Assembly: GCA_034004365.1 (NCBI GenBank)
Contig: JAVEWV010000009.1
Coordinates: 29,637 to 93,636, forward strand
Source of the DNA: Phycisphaerales bacterium
Lineage (GTDB): Bacteria > Planctomycetota > Phycisphaerae > Phycisphaerales > UBA1924
DNA: 64,000 nt
Direction of reading: 5' to 3'
The notes beneath the pieces are model-generated. The model worked only from the letters and a program-made list of their open reading frames with translations. It was not told the origin of the DNA and did not search any database. Shown here in pieces: positions 8,537-20,176 of the stretch. Position 1 is the first letter of the stretch; each line of letters opens with the position of its first letter. The position numbers were made by a program, and so were the translations under genes.

Positions 8537-11104
8537 ATGTTTGAACGCTTCACGGATCGCGCGCGGAAGGTGATGGCCCTGGCCAACCAGGAGGCGCAGC
8601 GCTTCAACCACGAGTACATCGGGACCGAGCACATCCTCCTCGGGCTGGTCAAGGAGGGCTCGGGGGTCGGCGCCAACGTGCTCAAGAACCTCGACGTGGA
8701 CCTGCGCAAGGTCCGCCTTGAGGTCGAGAAGCTCGTCAAGGCCGGGCCCGAGATGGTCACGATGGGCAAGCTGCCCCAGACCCCCCGCGCCAAGAAGGTC
8801 ATCGAGTACGCCATCGAAGAGGCCCGCAACCTCAACCACAACTACGTCGGCACCGAGCACCTGCTGCTCGGGCTCCTGCGTGAGCACGACGGCGTCGCGG
8901 CCCAGGTCCTCATGAACCTCGGGCTCAAGCTCGAAGAGGTCCGCGAGGAGGTCCTCAACCTGCTCGGCGCCGGGAGCGAGCAGTCCGAAGAGGCCGGCAT
9001 CGCGGGCGGTGGCGCCAACGGTGGCAACGGCGGGGCCGAGGGCAAGCGCGGGCAGAACCGCTCCAAGACCCCCGCGCTCGACTCGTTCGGACGCGATCTC
9101 ACCGAGCTTGCCAAGGAAGGCTCGCTCGATCCCGTCATCGGACGCGCGAAGGAAATCGAGCGCGTCGTGCAGGTCCTCTGCCGGCGCACGAAGAACAACC
9201 CCGTCCTCCTGGGCGAGGCGGGCGTGGGCAAGACCGCGATCGTCGAGGGCATGGCCCAGCGCATCATCGCGGGCGACGTCCCCGAGATCCTGCTCAACAA
9301 GCGCATCGTCGTGCTCGACCTCGCGATGATGGTCGCGGGCACGAAGTATCGCGGCCAGTTCGAAGAGCGCATCAAGGCGGTCATGAACGAGGTGCGTCGC
9401 GCCAAGGACGTCATCCTCTTCATCGACGAGCTGCACACGCTCGTCGGCGCGGGTGGCGCCGAGGGCGCCATCGACGCCAGCAACGTGCTCAAGCCCTCGC
9501 TGGCCCGCGGCGAGATCCAGTGCATCGGCGCCACGACCTTCGACGAGTACCGCAAGTACATCGAGAAGGACGCGGCCCTCGCGCGGCGTTTCCAGCCCAT
9601 CCCCGTCGATCCGCCCAGCCCCGACCAGACCGTCGAGATCATCAAGGGCCTGCGCGATCGCTACGAGAGCCACCACCGCGTGCGGATCACCGACGAGGCG
9701 ATCAAGGCCGCGGTCGAGCTGTCCAACCGCTACATCTCCGGTCGCGTCCAGCCCGACAAGTCGATCGACGTGATCGACGAGGCGGGCGCACGGGTACGCA
9801 TCCGCAACATGACCAAGCCGCCGAACCTCGCGGACATCGAGGGCCAGATCGAGAAGCTCGCGATCGAGAAGGACGAGGCCGTCAAGGCCGCGGACTACGA
9901 GCGCGCCGCCGAGCTGCGCGACAAGGCCGAGCAGCTCCGCAAGAAGAAGGAAGAGATCCAGAAGGAGTGGAAGGCCCAGTCCCAGGAGATCGACGGCACC
10001 GTCGATGAGGACGTGATCGCCGAGGTCGTGTCGTCGATGACCGGCGTGCCGCTCAAGCGTCTCGAGAAGGAGGAGGCCGCGCGCCTGCTCGATCTCGAGA
10101 AGGAGCTGCACAAGAAGGTCATCAGTCAGGACGAGGCGATCAAGACCATCAGCAAGGCGATCCGTCGCGCCCGCGCGGGCCTGAAGGATCCCAAGCGCCC
10201 GATGGGCTCGTTCATCTTCGTCGGGCCCTCGGGCGTGGGCAAGACGCTCGTCGCCAAGAGCCTCGCCGAGTTCATGTTCGGCGACGAAGAGGCGCTCATC
10301 ACGCTCGACATGTCCGAGTACATGGAGAAGCACAACGTGAGCCGCCTCGTCGGCGCGCCCCCCGGCTACGTCGGCTACGAAGAAGGCGGGCAGCTCACCG
10401 AGCGCGTGCGTCGCCGCCCCTATAGCGTGATCCTCCTCGACGAGGTCGAGAAGGCCCACCCCGACGTCTTCAACATGCTCCTCCAGATCATGGAAGAAGG
10501 ACGCCTCACCGACTCGTTCGGACGCAACGTCGACTTCCGCAACGTCATCCTCATCATGACCTCGAACATCGGCGCCGACCTCATCAAGGGCGGTGGCGGG
10601 TTCGGCTTCCAGAAGCGCTCCGAGGGCGTCAGCCACGAGAACATCAAGGGCATCCTGATGAAGGAGATCGAGCGGTTCTTCCGCCCGGAATTCATCAACC
10701 GCCTCGATGACGTCATCGTGTTCCGCCCGCTCACGCGCGATGATCTCGTGCAGATCGTCGACTACGAAGTCGCGAAGGTCACGCAGCGCCTCAAGGAACA
10801 GGGCATCGTCCTGAACCTCGACGAGAAGGCCAAGGAGTTCCTGATCGAGAAGGGCTACAACCCCGACTTCGGCGCACGCCCGCTCCGCCGCGCGATCGGG
10901 CAGTACGTCGAGGACCCGCTCAGCGAGATGCTGCTCTCGGGCGACCTGCACAACATGCACCTCATCAGGGTCACGCACCGCAAGGCCGAGGCGCAGGAAG
11001 GCCAGGAGCCCGCGGGCGACGACCACCTGAGTTTCGTGCCCGAGGCGGGCGAGACCCCCGCCAACGGGAACAAGCCCGAGCAGGAACCCGCGAAGGTCTC
11101 GTAA
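8537..11104 (+). CDS. clpC: ATP-dependent Clp protease ATP-binding subunit ClpC
   Basis: Start at [37 protein letters not shown] (Clp_N repeat), preceded by GAGGAGAAG. Two AAA+ modules ([13 protein letters not shown] and [13 protein letters not shown]). UVR-type short linker ([19 protein letters not shown]) rather than the long ClpB coiled coil. Confidence 0.9.
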   Translation: MFERFTDRARKVMALANQEAQRFNHEYIGTEHILLGLVKEGSGVGANVLKNLDVDLRKVRLEVEKLVKAGPEMVTMGKLPQTPRAKKVIEYAIEEARNLNHNYVGTEHLLLGLLREHDGVAAQVLMNLGLKLEEVREEVLNLLGAGSEQSEEAGIAGGGANGGNGGAEGKRGQNRSKTPALDSFGRDLTELAKEGSLDPVIGRAKEIERVVQVLCRRTKNNPVLLGEAGVGKTAIVEGMAQRIIAGDVPEILLNKRIVVLDLAMMVAGTKYRGQFEERIKAVMNEVRRAKDVILFIDELHTLVGAGGAEGAIDASNVLKPSLARGEIQCIGATTFDEYRKYIEKDAALARRFQPIPVDPPSPDQTVEIIKGLRDRYESHHRVRITDEAIKAAVELSNRYISGRVQPDKSIDVIDEAGARVRIRNMTKPPNLADIEGQIEKLAIEKDEAVKAADYERAAELRDKAEQLRKKKEEIQKEWKAQSQEIDGTVDEDVIAEVVSSMTGVPLKRLEKEEAARLLDLEKELHKKVISQDEAIKTISKAIRRARAGLKDPKRPMGSFIFVGPSGVGKTLVAKSLAEFMFGDEEALITLDMSEYMEKHNVSRLVGAPPGYVGYEEGGQLTERVRRRPYSVILLDEVEKAHPDVFNMLLQIMEEGRLTDSFGRNVDFRNVILIMTSNIGADLIKGGGGFGFQKRSEGVSHENIKGILMKEIERFFRPEFINRLDDVIVFRPLTRDDLVQIVDYEVAKVTQRLKEQGIVLNLDEKAKEFLIEKGYNPDFGARPLRRAIGQYVEDPLSEMLLSGDLHNMHLIRVTHRKAEAQEGQEPAGDDHLSFVPEAGETPANGNKPEQEPAKVS

Positions 11105-11139
11105 GAATCCGGTGAGTGTTCAGACGAGTTTGCGCACAA

Positions 11140-11176
11140 CGACGCCCCGGGGAAGGCCCCGGGGCGTCGCGTTTGG
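11140..11176. terminator. hairpin between convergent clpC and the next gene
   Basis: Perfect 12-bp stem GACGCCCCGGGG-aagg-CCCCGGGGCGTC followed by GCGTTTGG. The T-tract is weak on both strands. Confidence 0.55.
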
Positions 11177-11198
11177 ATTCAGGATGTTCCCGCTCGGA

Positions 11199-11720
11199 TC
11201 AGCGACGGCGACGGGTCACGACGAGGCCCATCGCGCCGAAGGCGGCGAGAGCGCCCGGCGCGGGCACCGCGCGATACGTCACACGAACGAAGCCCTGGCG
11301 GTACAGCGCATCCGGAGTCGAGCTCGCGTCATCGAACGACTCGTAGGTCGTCAGGAACACGAGGCCGTCCGACGAGATGGTGTTGGCGCCGATCGATCCG
11401 AAGTAGGCGAACACGCCGGACGAGTCGGGCGCGCCGAAGAGGGAGGGGTCAATGTCAGCATCGAAGCTCGCGTCGTCGTTGGTGTCGATGGCGATCTGGG
11501 CCTCGCTGTTCCAGCTCGGGTCGAAGGACTCGTAGGAAACGTCCCACTCGACAGCGACGACCACGCCCGCGACGCCGAAGTCGTGCGTCAGGGTGGGGAA
11601 GTTGGTACCGAAGCCGCCTTCGCTGACCAGTCCGGTCATGTCGAAGGTGTGGAACAGGGTCTGCGCGCTGGCGCTCGTGGCGATCACGATGCCAGCAACC
11701 GTTCCGAGAGTCTTGATCAT
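11199..11720 (-). CDS. secreted protein with PEP-CTERM-like (P-A-P) C-terminal sorting signal
   Basis: Signal peptide MIKTLGTVAGIVIATSASAQ. C-terminus VPAPGALAAFGAMGLVVTRRRR, i.e. Pro motif, hydrophobic helix, Arg cluster, stop. Confidence 0.65.
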   Translation of the reverse strand: MIKTLGTVAGIVIATSASAQTLFHTFDMTGLVSEGGFGTNFPTLTHDFGVAGVVVAVEWDVSYESFDPSWNSEAQIAIDTNDDASFDADIDPSLFGAPDSSGVFAYFGSIGANTISSDGLVFLTTYESFDDASSTPDALYRQGFVRVTYRAVPAPGALAAFGAMGLVVTRRRR

Positions 11721-11985
11721 GTCTTGTCTCCTCGTTCAAACAAACACTATCTGGAGCGACATGGCACCGCACCACGCACACTCGGGTCCTCTCAGCCTTC
11801 GAGCATGACGCGGGTGCGTGCGGAGCCGACCGCTCCCACCCGGGCTTCATGCCCGACTCCATTTCTCGGTCCCCCTCGCCCGCACAGGGCGCCCAGGTCC
11901 GCACGCCTCCGTGAATCGTTCTGGGCCGGGGTTGCGGGCGGGACAATCCCGAGACCCGCTCAAGCCTCCATCTCTACTCAATCCC

Positions 11986-12027
11986 GTAAAAAGCACAACG
12001 CCCCAAGACCGTCCCGGGGCGTTGTGT
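11986..12027 (-). terminator. rho-independent terminator of the 12119-12649 gene
   Basis: On the minus strand, an 11-bp stem CACAACGCCCC/GGGGCGTTGTG followed by CTTTTTAC. Confidence 0.6.
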
Positions 12028-12118
12028 GTGGCAGAGTGATGATCCCGCAGGAGTCGCGGGGGTCTCACACGAACTGTCTCGACCGCCTTGGGAACGGTCG
12101 TTGAGTGCGTTCGAGAAC

Positions 12119-12649
12119 TTAGCGGCGGCGACGACCAGCGACCAGACCACCGAGGCCCAGCAGGGCGACGGAGGCGGGCGCGGGGATGTTGCCGAAGATC
12201 ACGCTGGCGCCCTGGGGGCCGTAGTAATCGTTGCGATAGTCCATGGTCACGCCGTTGTCGAACGTGGTGGTGACGGCGTAGTACTGGGTGTTCGCGGTGA
12301 GGTTCAGGCCGACGACATCGGAGGTGCCGATGCCGCCCGAGCCATCGTCATCGCTGCCGATGCCGTTGGCCGTGGGGTTCGCGGGGTTGAAGCTGCCGGC
12401 GTACACGAACAGGAACCCGTCGTCCGTCTGGGTCGACAGGATGTCGTAGGTGCCGGTCGTGTTGACGTAGAACGGACGGACGTCGAAGAAGACGTTCGTG
12501 CCGACGCCGGACAGGCCGCTGAAGCCCTCGAGGGCACGGTTGTACGTCGCCTCGGAGCCATCGATCGAGCCGATGTCCGTTGCGAGCTGACCAAACGCGG
12601 CCCCTGCGAGCAGGGCGACCGCCAACCCACCACTGAGCAGATTCTTCAT
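12119..12649 (-). CDS. secreted protein with PEP-CTERM-like (P-A-P) C-terminal sorting signal
   Basis: Signal peptide MKNLLSGGLAVALLAGAAFGQ. C-terminus IPAPASVALLGLGGLVAGRRRR. GGAGAGGAGAGAAGGAC precedes the ATG. Confidence 0.65.
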   Translation of the reverse strand: MKNLLSGGLAVALLAGAAFGQLATDIGSIDGSEATYNRALEGFSGLSGVGTNVFFDVRPFYVNTTGTYDILSTQTDDGFLFVYAGSFNPANPTANGIGSDDDGSGGIGTSDVVGLNLTANTQYYAVTTTFDNGVTMDYRNDYYGPQGASVIFGNIPAPASVALLGLGGLVAGRRRR

Positions 12650-12952
12650 GTCCTTCTCTCCTCTCCCACCGCAACGCCACCGCCCCGGAACGTCGGGGGC
12701 GTGGGCGAGCTTCTGGTTTTCGCGGGAGTGCGACCCCGGGAACCCAAACCCGGGACACCGATCCGCGACCCCTGACGGGGTAGTCTTGTCTCACCCATGA
12801 GAGTAACGGGGCCGGCCCAAACCACCAAAGGCTTTTTGACTGGTTTTGCCTATCCCAGCAGAGATTCCGGCCCGGCATAGATTCTCGGGCCCATCGCAAG
12901 AACCCCCCCGGCGCCGGGCCTTAGGAACGCGCCAGCGGGTTAGGATTCGCCC

Positions 12953-14824
12953 ATGCCCGTCCTGCTCCGCTGGCTCTTGAACCTCGGGCCCACCAACCCG
13001 ATCGCCGTACGCCTGGTCCAGAATGGCTCCCGGCGAGGCCGCCATAACCTCGTGCGCAGCATCTACTTAGCCGTACTCATCATCGCCCTCCTCTGGGCAC
13101 TGCTCTTGAACACCGGGGCCGGGGCGCTCAGGTACCGCGAGCTCGCCCACGCCGGGGCCAGCAGCTTCACCGCGATCGCCTACCTCCAGATCGGGCTCAT
13201 CTGCGTGCTCGCGCCGGTCTTCTTCTCCGCCGCGATCGCGCAGGAGTCGAGCCCACGCACCTGGGAAGTCCTCCTCACCACGCCCATGAGCGCCGGGCAG
13301 ATCGTGCTCGGGAACCTTATCGGACGCCTCTTCTTCGTCCTCGCCCTGCTCTTCTCGTCGCTACCCCTGTTCGCGATCACGCAGTACTTCGGCGGTGTCC
13401 CCGGACGAACGATCTTCGCGAGTTACGCCATCGCCGGATGCGCCGCGGTGCTCGTGGGCTCGGCGGCGATCGCCCTGGCGGTGAGCCGACTCGTCGGCAA
13501 GCGGGCCGTGTTCACGTTCTACATCTGCGTCGTCAGCACGATCGCGATCACGGCGGGCGTCGACGCCTGGCTCCGCAACGCCGGGCTCGGCGCAGGTGGT
13601 GGGGGCGTCACGTGGATGACCGCCCTCAACCCCTTCCTCGCGCTGCACGCGATGCTCGACCCCGCGACCTACCCGCGCGCCACCCCCGGCTCGCGCGTCG
13701 GGCTCGCGGCATGGTTCCTTGAGCGACCGATCACCACCTGGTGCGCGCTGAGCCTGGGCACGTCATTCGTGCTTATGGTGGCGAGCACACTGACGGTCCG
13801 CGCGGGCGGGCTGCGCAGCGTCGCACAGGGATCGTCGGGCGTGCCGCTGCATCGACGCCTGATGGGCCTGGGCGCCAGCGGCGCAGAACACCGCGCGCCC
13901 CGCACGGTGTGGCACAACCCGATCGCCTGGCGCGAGGCCGCTGCACGCAATGCCACGCTCTGGCGCATCATCGCGCGATGGTCGTTCATCGGCGCGGGCG
14001 GCCTCTTCGGCATCGCGCTGCTCGCGCTCTACCACGGCGGCGCTTTAAAGCACGACGAGTTCCGCCTCGCGCTCAACGTCACGCTGTGGGCCGAGATCGG
14101 CGTCATCACCCTCGTCGCGCTCAACATGTCCGCCACCGCCATCAGCCGTGAACGAGAGGACGGCACGCTCGACCTCCTGCTCACCACGCCGCTCACGCCC
14201 TCGATGTACCTGACCGGAAAGCTCCGCGGGCTCATCGCGTACCTCCTGCCCATGCTCTCGGTCCCCCTCGGCACGCTCGCGCTCGCCTCGCTCTATGTCC
14301 TCGCGGAAGGGTTGGGGCGCGCCGGTGGCGTGAATGTGAGCGAGACGATGTACGCCTCGGGCGGCTCCACGCAGATCAATGTGCCGGTGGTGCTGCCCGA
14401 GGGCGCGCTCGCCGCGAGCGTGGTATGCGTCGCGTTCACCGCGCTGTGCGTCATGATCGGGCTGCAATGGTCGCTCAAGAGCCGCGGGACGATCGGCTCG
14501 GTCGTCGCGAGCGTGGGTGTGGTGGGCGCGATCGTCCTCGTGCTCGGCGCGTGCGGCTTCAAGAGCGGGCAGGACTTCCCGGTCATCGGGCCCGCGCTCG
14601 TCGCGCTCAGCCCGGGCTCGCTGATCCTCGCGATCACCGACGCCGGCCGCGGCATGATCCAGACCGTCCAGTCCGGCCCCGACGGCCTCGGCACCGCGAG
14701 GATCTCGCTCCTGATCGGTGCCGTGCTGAGTGCGGGCGCATACCTTGGTGTCGTGTACGCGCTGCACGCGTCCATGGTCCGCACATTCGACGTCACGACA
14801 CGCAAGCTCGCGGGCGCCAAGTAG
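12953..14824 (+). CDS. polytopic membrane protein (ABC-2-type permease-like)
   Basis: 623 aa with at least 10 hydrophobic helices by eye. The resemblance to ABC-2 permeases is weak and from memory. No ATPase gene is adjacent. Confidence 0.5.
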   Translation: MPVLLRWLLNLGPTNPIAVRLVQNGSRRGRHNLVRSIYLAVLIIALLWALLLNTGAGALRYRELAHAGASSFTAIAYLQIGLICVLAPVFFSAAIAQESSPRTWEVLLTTPMSAGQIVLGNLIGRLFFVLALLFSSLPLFAITQYFGGVPGRTIFASYAIAGCAAVLVGSAAIALAVSRLVGKRAVFTFYICVVSTIAITAGVDAWLRNAGLGAGGGGVTWMTALNPFLALHAMLDPATYPRATPGSRVGLAAWFLERPITTWCALSLGTSFVLMVASTLTVRAGGLRSVAQGSSGVPLHRRLMGLGASGAEHRAPRTVWHNPIAWREAAARNATLWRIIARWSFIGAGGLFGIALLALYHGGALKHDEFRLALNVTLWAEIGVITLVALNMSATAISREREDGTLDLLLTTPLTPSMYLTGKLRGLIAYLLPMLSVPLGTLALASLYVLAEGLGRAGGVNVSETMYASGGSTQINVPVVLPEGALAASVVCVAFTALCVMIGLQWSLKSRGTIGSVVASVGVVGAIVLVLGACGFKSGQDFPVIGPALVALSPGSLILAITDAGRGMIQTVQSGPDGLGTARISLLIGAVLSAGAYLGVVYALHASMVRTFDVTTRKLAGAK

Positions 14825-14852
14825 ACGCGCCCGCGTTGTGGAGCGAAGCAAC

Positions 14853-15650
14853 ATGCCGAGCGTGGAAGAGAACCTGCGTCGATGGACCGAGCACGAATGG
14901 CCCGCGGGCGGCGAAGAGTGGTCGACCGTCGGCGGCGGGAGCCGCGCGATCTGGCACGGCATCATCTACCCGCGCCTCATGCACTTCCTCCCGCCCGTCC
15001 GCGAGCCCGGGCACGTGCTCGAGATCGCGCCCGGGTTCGGCCGCTGGACCCAGTACCTGCTCCCGCTCTCACGCAGGCTCACCCTCGTGGACCTCACGCC
15101 CCGCTGCATCGAAGAGTGCCGGGCACGGTTCGGGCGCGGCGGGCTGCTCCGCACGAAGATCGCCTACCACGTCAACGATGGGCGCTCGCTCGGCATGGTC
15201 GCCCCCAACAGCGTCGACCTCGCCTTCTCGTGGGACTCCCTCGTGCACGTCGAAGAGGACGTTATGCGTGACTATGCACGCGAACTCGCGCGCACGCTCC
15301 GCCCGGGCGGCGTCGCGATCCTCCATCACTCCAACCTCGCAACGTACATCGATCCCCACTCGGGCGAGCTGCAGACACAGGAGCACCACTGGCGGGCCCG
15401 GAGCATGTCTGCGGCAAAGATGCGTGAACATGCCGCGTCGGCGGGCCTGGACGTCGTCGTGCAGGAACTCCGGACCATGGGGACGACGCGCGACGAGGCC
15501 ATGATCGACTGCATCAGCCTGCTCCGGCGCCCCACGGGTTCACCCGGCGATCACGCGCCCGTCATCATCGAGAACAGCGCGTTCTGGCGCGAGATGCAGG
15601 CGATCGGACGCACGACCAAGGCCTATGTCGCGGACGATCGCGGAACGTAA
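14853..15650 (+). CDS. class I SAM-dependent methyltransferase
   Basis: Start at MPSVEENLRRW. SAM-binding motif I VLEIAPGFGRWT and an acidic loop (LTLVDL). Confidence 0.7.
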   Translation: MPSVEENLRRWTEHEWPAGGEEWSTVGGGSRAIWHGIIYPRLMHFLPPVREPGHVLEIAPGFGRWTQYLLPLSRRLTLVDLTPRCIEECRARFGRGGLLRTKIAYHVNDGRSLGMVAPNSVDLAFSWDSLVHVEEDVMRDYARELARTLRPGGVAILHHSNLATYIDPHSGELQTQEHHWRARSMSAAKMREHAASAGLDVVVQELRTMGTTRDEAMIDCISLLRRPTGSPGDHAPVIIENSAFWREMQAIGRTTKAYVADDRGT

Positions 15651-15717
15651 ACACTCGAAACATGTCCGCTGATGTACGTACAAATGCGGAACGAACACGA
15701 GGCCGCCGCGCCTTGAC

Positions 15718-15746
15718 TTGATTATCTTCTGCTCACCCGCTATTGA
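15718..15746 (+). promoter_or_regulatory. candidate sigma-70 promoter in an AT-rich patch
   Basis: TTGATT-N17-TATTGA, about 90 nt upstream of the ATG at 15837. It sits in one of the few AT-rich stretches of the window. Confidence 0.3.
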
Positions 15747-15836
15747 TGCGCTTCCGGCCGCGTTGGTTCGCGGCGTTTCCCCCAAGCATGACTTTGAGTA
15801 TGAGTAAGTGCGCTCCGGGGGGGAAGGATTGTTTTC

Positions 15837-16298
15837 ATGGCGAAGAAGAAGGGTCGTCGCCGCGCTGCCAAGCCGCGGGCGTCGAAGGGTGGCCTCTCCG
15901 GCCTGAGCGCCCGCGAGCTCGTGGCGGAGCTGCGCCGCAGGCAGGGCGCGATCGGCAAGCTCGAGGCGAAGCGTGACCGCCTCGCCCAGCAGGTCAACGA
16001 GCTGGATCGTGAGATCGCCGAGCACCGCCGCCTGCTGGGTGGCGGCGGCGCGGCGTCCGGGCGCCGGCGTGTTGGAGCGCTCCGCGGCCGCCCGCGCGGC
16101 GGACGCGAGTCCACGCTCGCGGACGCGCTGGTCCAGGTCCTCAGTGGGCAGGTGATGGGCGTGACCGAGGTCGCCGAGGCCGTGCAGAGCGCCGGCTACG
16201 TCACCAACTCGCCCAACTTCCGCACGATCGTGAACCAGACGCTGATCAAGGACGACCGCATCAAGAAGGTCGCACGCGGGCAGTACACCGCGAAGTAA
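15837..16298 (+). CDS. small basic protein with coiled coil and C-terminal winged-helix-like domain
   Basis: 153 aa. Lys/Arg-rich N-terminus (MAKKKGRRRAAKPRASKGG). Heptad-like segment ELVAELRRRQGAIGKLEAKRDRLAQQVNELDREIAEHRR. Gly/Arg linker. C-terminal LADALVQVLSGQVMGVTEVAEAVQSAGY...KKVARGQYTAK. GGGGGGAAGGA precedes the ATG. Confidence 0.55.
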   Translation: MAKKKGRRRAAKPRASKGGLSGLSARELVAELRRRQGAIGKLEAKRDRLAQQVNELDREIAEHRRLLGGGGAASGRRRVGALRGRPRGGRESTLADALVQVLSGQVMGVTEVAEAVQSAGYVTNSPNFRTIVNQTLIKDDRIKKVARGQYTAK

Positions 16299-16318
16299 CG
16301 CCAGCCCTACACAACACG

Positions 16319-16364
16319 CAAGGCCCGCGCGGCGGACGAACGATCGTCCCTCGCGCGGGCCTTG
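16319..16364. terminator. strong hairpin between convergent genes
   Basis: Perfect 13-bp stem CAAGGCCCGCGCG/CGCGCGGGCCTTG. The loop holds a nested GGACGA/TCGTCC stem. No clean T-tract. Confidence 0.5.
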
Positions 16365-16391
16365 TGCTTCACCAGTCCGACCGAAACGCGA

Positions 16392-16655
16392 TCAGCGCGT
16401 GTACGGGTACGGGCCCAGGCGGCTCGGACGATCGAACAGGAACGCCCGGCCCAGGTCCGCACGGAGCGAACGCGAGTTCGTGTTGTTCGTGATCGCGACG
16501 TTGTTCTTCACCTCGGGATTGCGCTCGGCGACCGTCCGAAGCTCGGGCGTCGGGTTCGAGCGGATCGCGCTCGCCGAGGTGCTGTTCGACGAGCAGCCCG
16601 CCACCAGGGCGATCGGGGCGGACACCAGGAGGACGACGACGTTTCGGCGACGCAT
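16392..16655 (-). CDS. small lipoprotein
   Basis: Internal start MRRRNVVVLLVSAPIALVAGC|SS (lipobox) chosen. The longer 151-aa version adds only an Arg/Ala/Gly-rich extension. Confidence 0.5.
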   Translation of the reverse strand: MRRRNVVVLLVSAPIALVAGCSSNSTSASAIRSNPTPELRTVAERNPEVKNNVAITNNTNSRSLRADLGRAFLFDRPSRLGPYPYTR

Positions 16656-17331
16656 GTGAACCTCGATTCTTCCAGTGCTCGTTCGGACAACGCGGGCTCG
16701 GGCGCTCACCCGCCGGGTCGGCGGACGCGCCGCGGCGGCTCCCGCGGGGCCCCGTTTGTATCGGCCCGCGGCCCGGGCGTCAATGCCGCCGAATCCCCCA
16801 TTCGCACGCCGACGAGGCCTGTTCGGGGGCTCGCGCGAGAAACTCACCGGACGTACATGGCCTCCGCCCCGGGCGGAAGTATGCTCTCTGGCTCGCGGCC
16901 CGGCGGGCCGACGCGTGGTGTTTCAGCGTCCGAACCTATAGAAAACCCCGCCCGGGAGCCCCGCATGCGGGCGTGCGAAGGCCATGCCTCCCTCGCGTGG
17001 AAGGCCGGGACTCGCCCAGGGGCACCCCCGTTCGAGCAGGGTTCGGTCGTAACCACGCGTTGGCCCGCTAGGCCGCCCCGCTCCTTGGAGGCAACGCCTC
17101 TCTCGAGCCGTTTGTGGGAAATCGGCGGCCTCCGCCCGCGAGCCCGCCGATCTGGCAGCCGCGGGCCTGCAATATCGACTTCATAACTGACTGCTAAACA
17201 GTGTTTTAGGTGCTGCTCATCCTGGCGCGCGGCTTGCATTCTTCTCTTGGGCGGCGAACCGGGGCACTGTGGACATGGTGTGGATGACCTGCACCGAACG
17301 AGTCCGCGGCCCGCCGCGAAAGGGGATTGGA

Positions 17332-20088
<2,757 letters not shown>

Positions 20089-20176
20089 GCGGGCGGGCCC
20101 GGTGATGGGTTGGATGGCCAGGGGGGCGGAAGGCCGAGCGGGGTGGTTGGCGGGCGCGCCGGTGTAGACTGGGCGC

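Noticed and set aside
8348-11026. 892-aa ORF antisense to clpC. The same phenomenon gives 746 aa antisense to clpB (17206-19446), 998 aa antisense to dnaE (27899-30895), 743 aa antisense to the histidine kinase (3501-5732) and 618 aa at 1377-3233.
   Set aside because: Their products are Arg/Ala/Gly/Asp/His/Leu-rich with no motifs, and they mirror strongly motif-supported genes on the other strand. Stop-free antisense frames are expected at this GC content and codon bias.
11105-12118. A riboswitch (for example c-di-GMP) in the long leaders of the PEP-CTERM-like genes (11721-12118 and 12650-12952).
   Set aside because: I could not recognise conserved riboswitch cores by eye. The 11986-12027 hairpin is adequately explained as the terminator of the upstream gene.
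17189-17214. CIRCE-like sequence upstream of clpB (GACTGCTAA ... TTAGGTGCT).
   Set aside because: One arm is 8/9 to GAGTGCTAA, but the arms are in everted order relative to CIRCE (TTAGCACTC-N9-GAGTGCTAA) and the second arm matches poorly. Only a 5-bp CTAAA/TTTAG inverted repeat is real.
16656-17331. Possibility that the large gap encodes tmRNA, RNase P RNA, SRP RNA or a tRNA.
   Set aside because: On neither strand did I find the diagnostic strings: the GGAAAGUCCGGGC-type P4 region, a GGUUCGAnUCC T-loop with an ACCA end, or the SRP GGAA-tetraloop domain IV consensus. It is kept only as an unclassified candidate in the findings.
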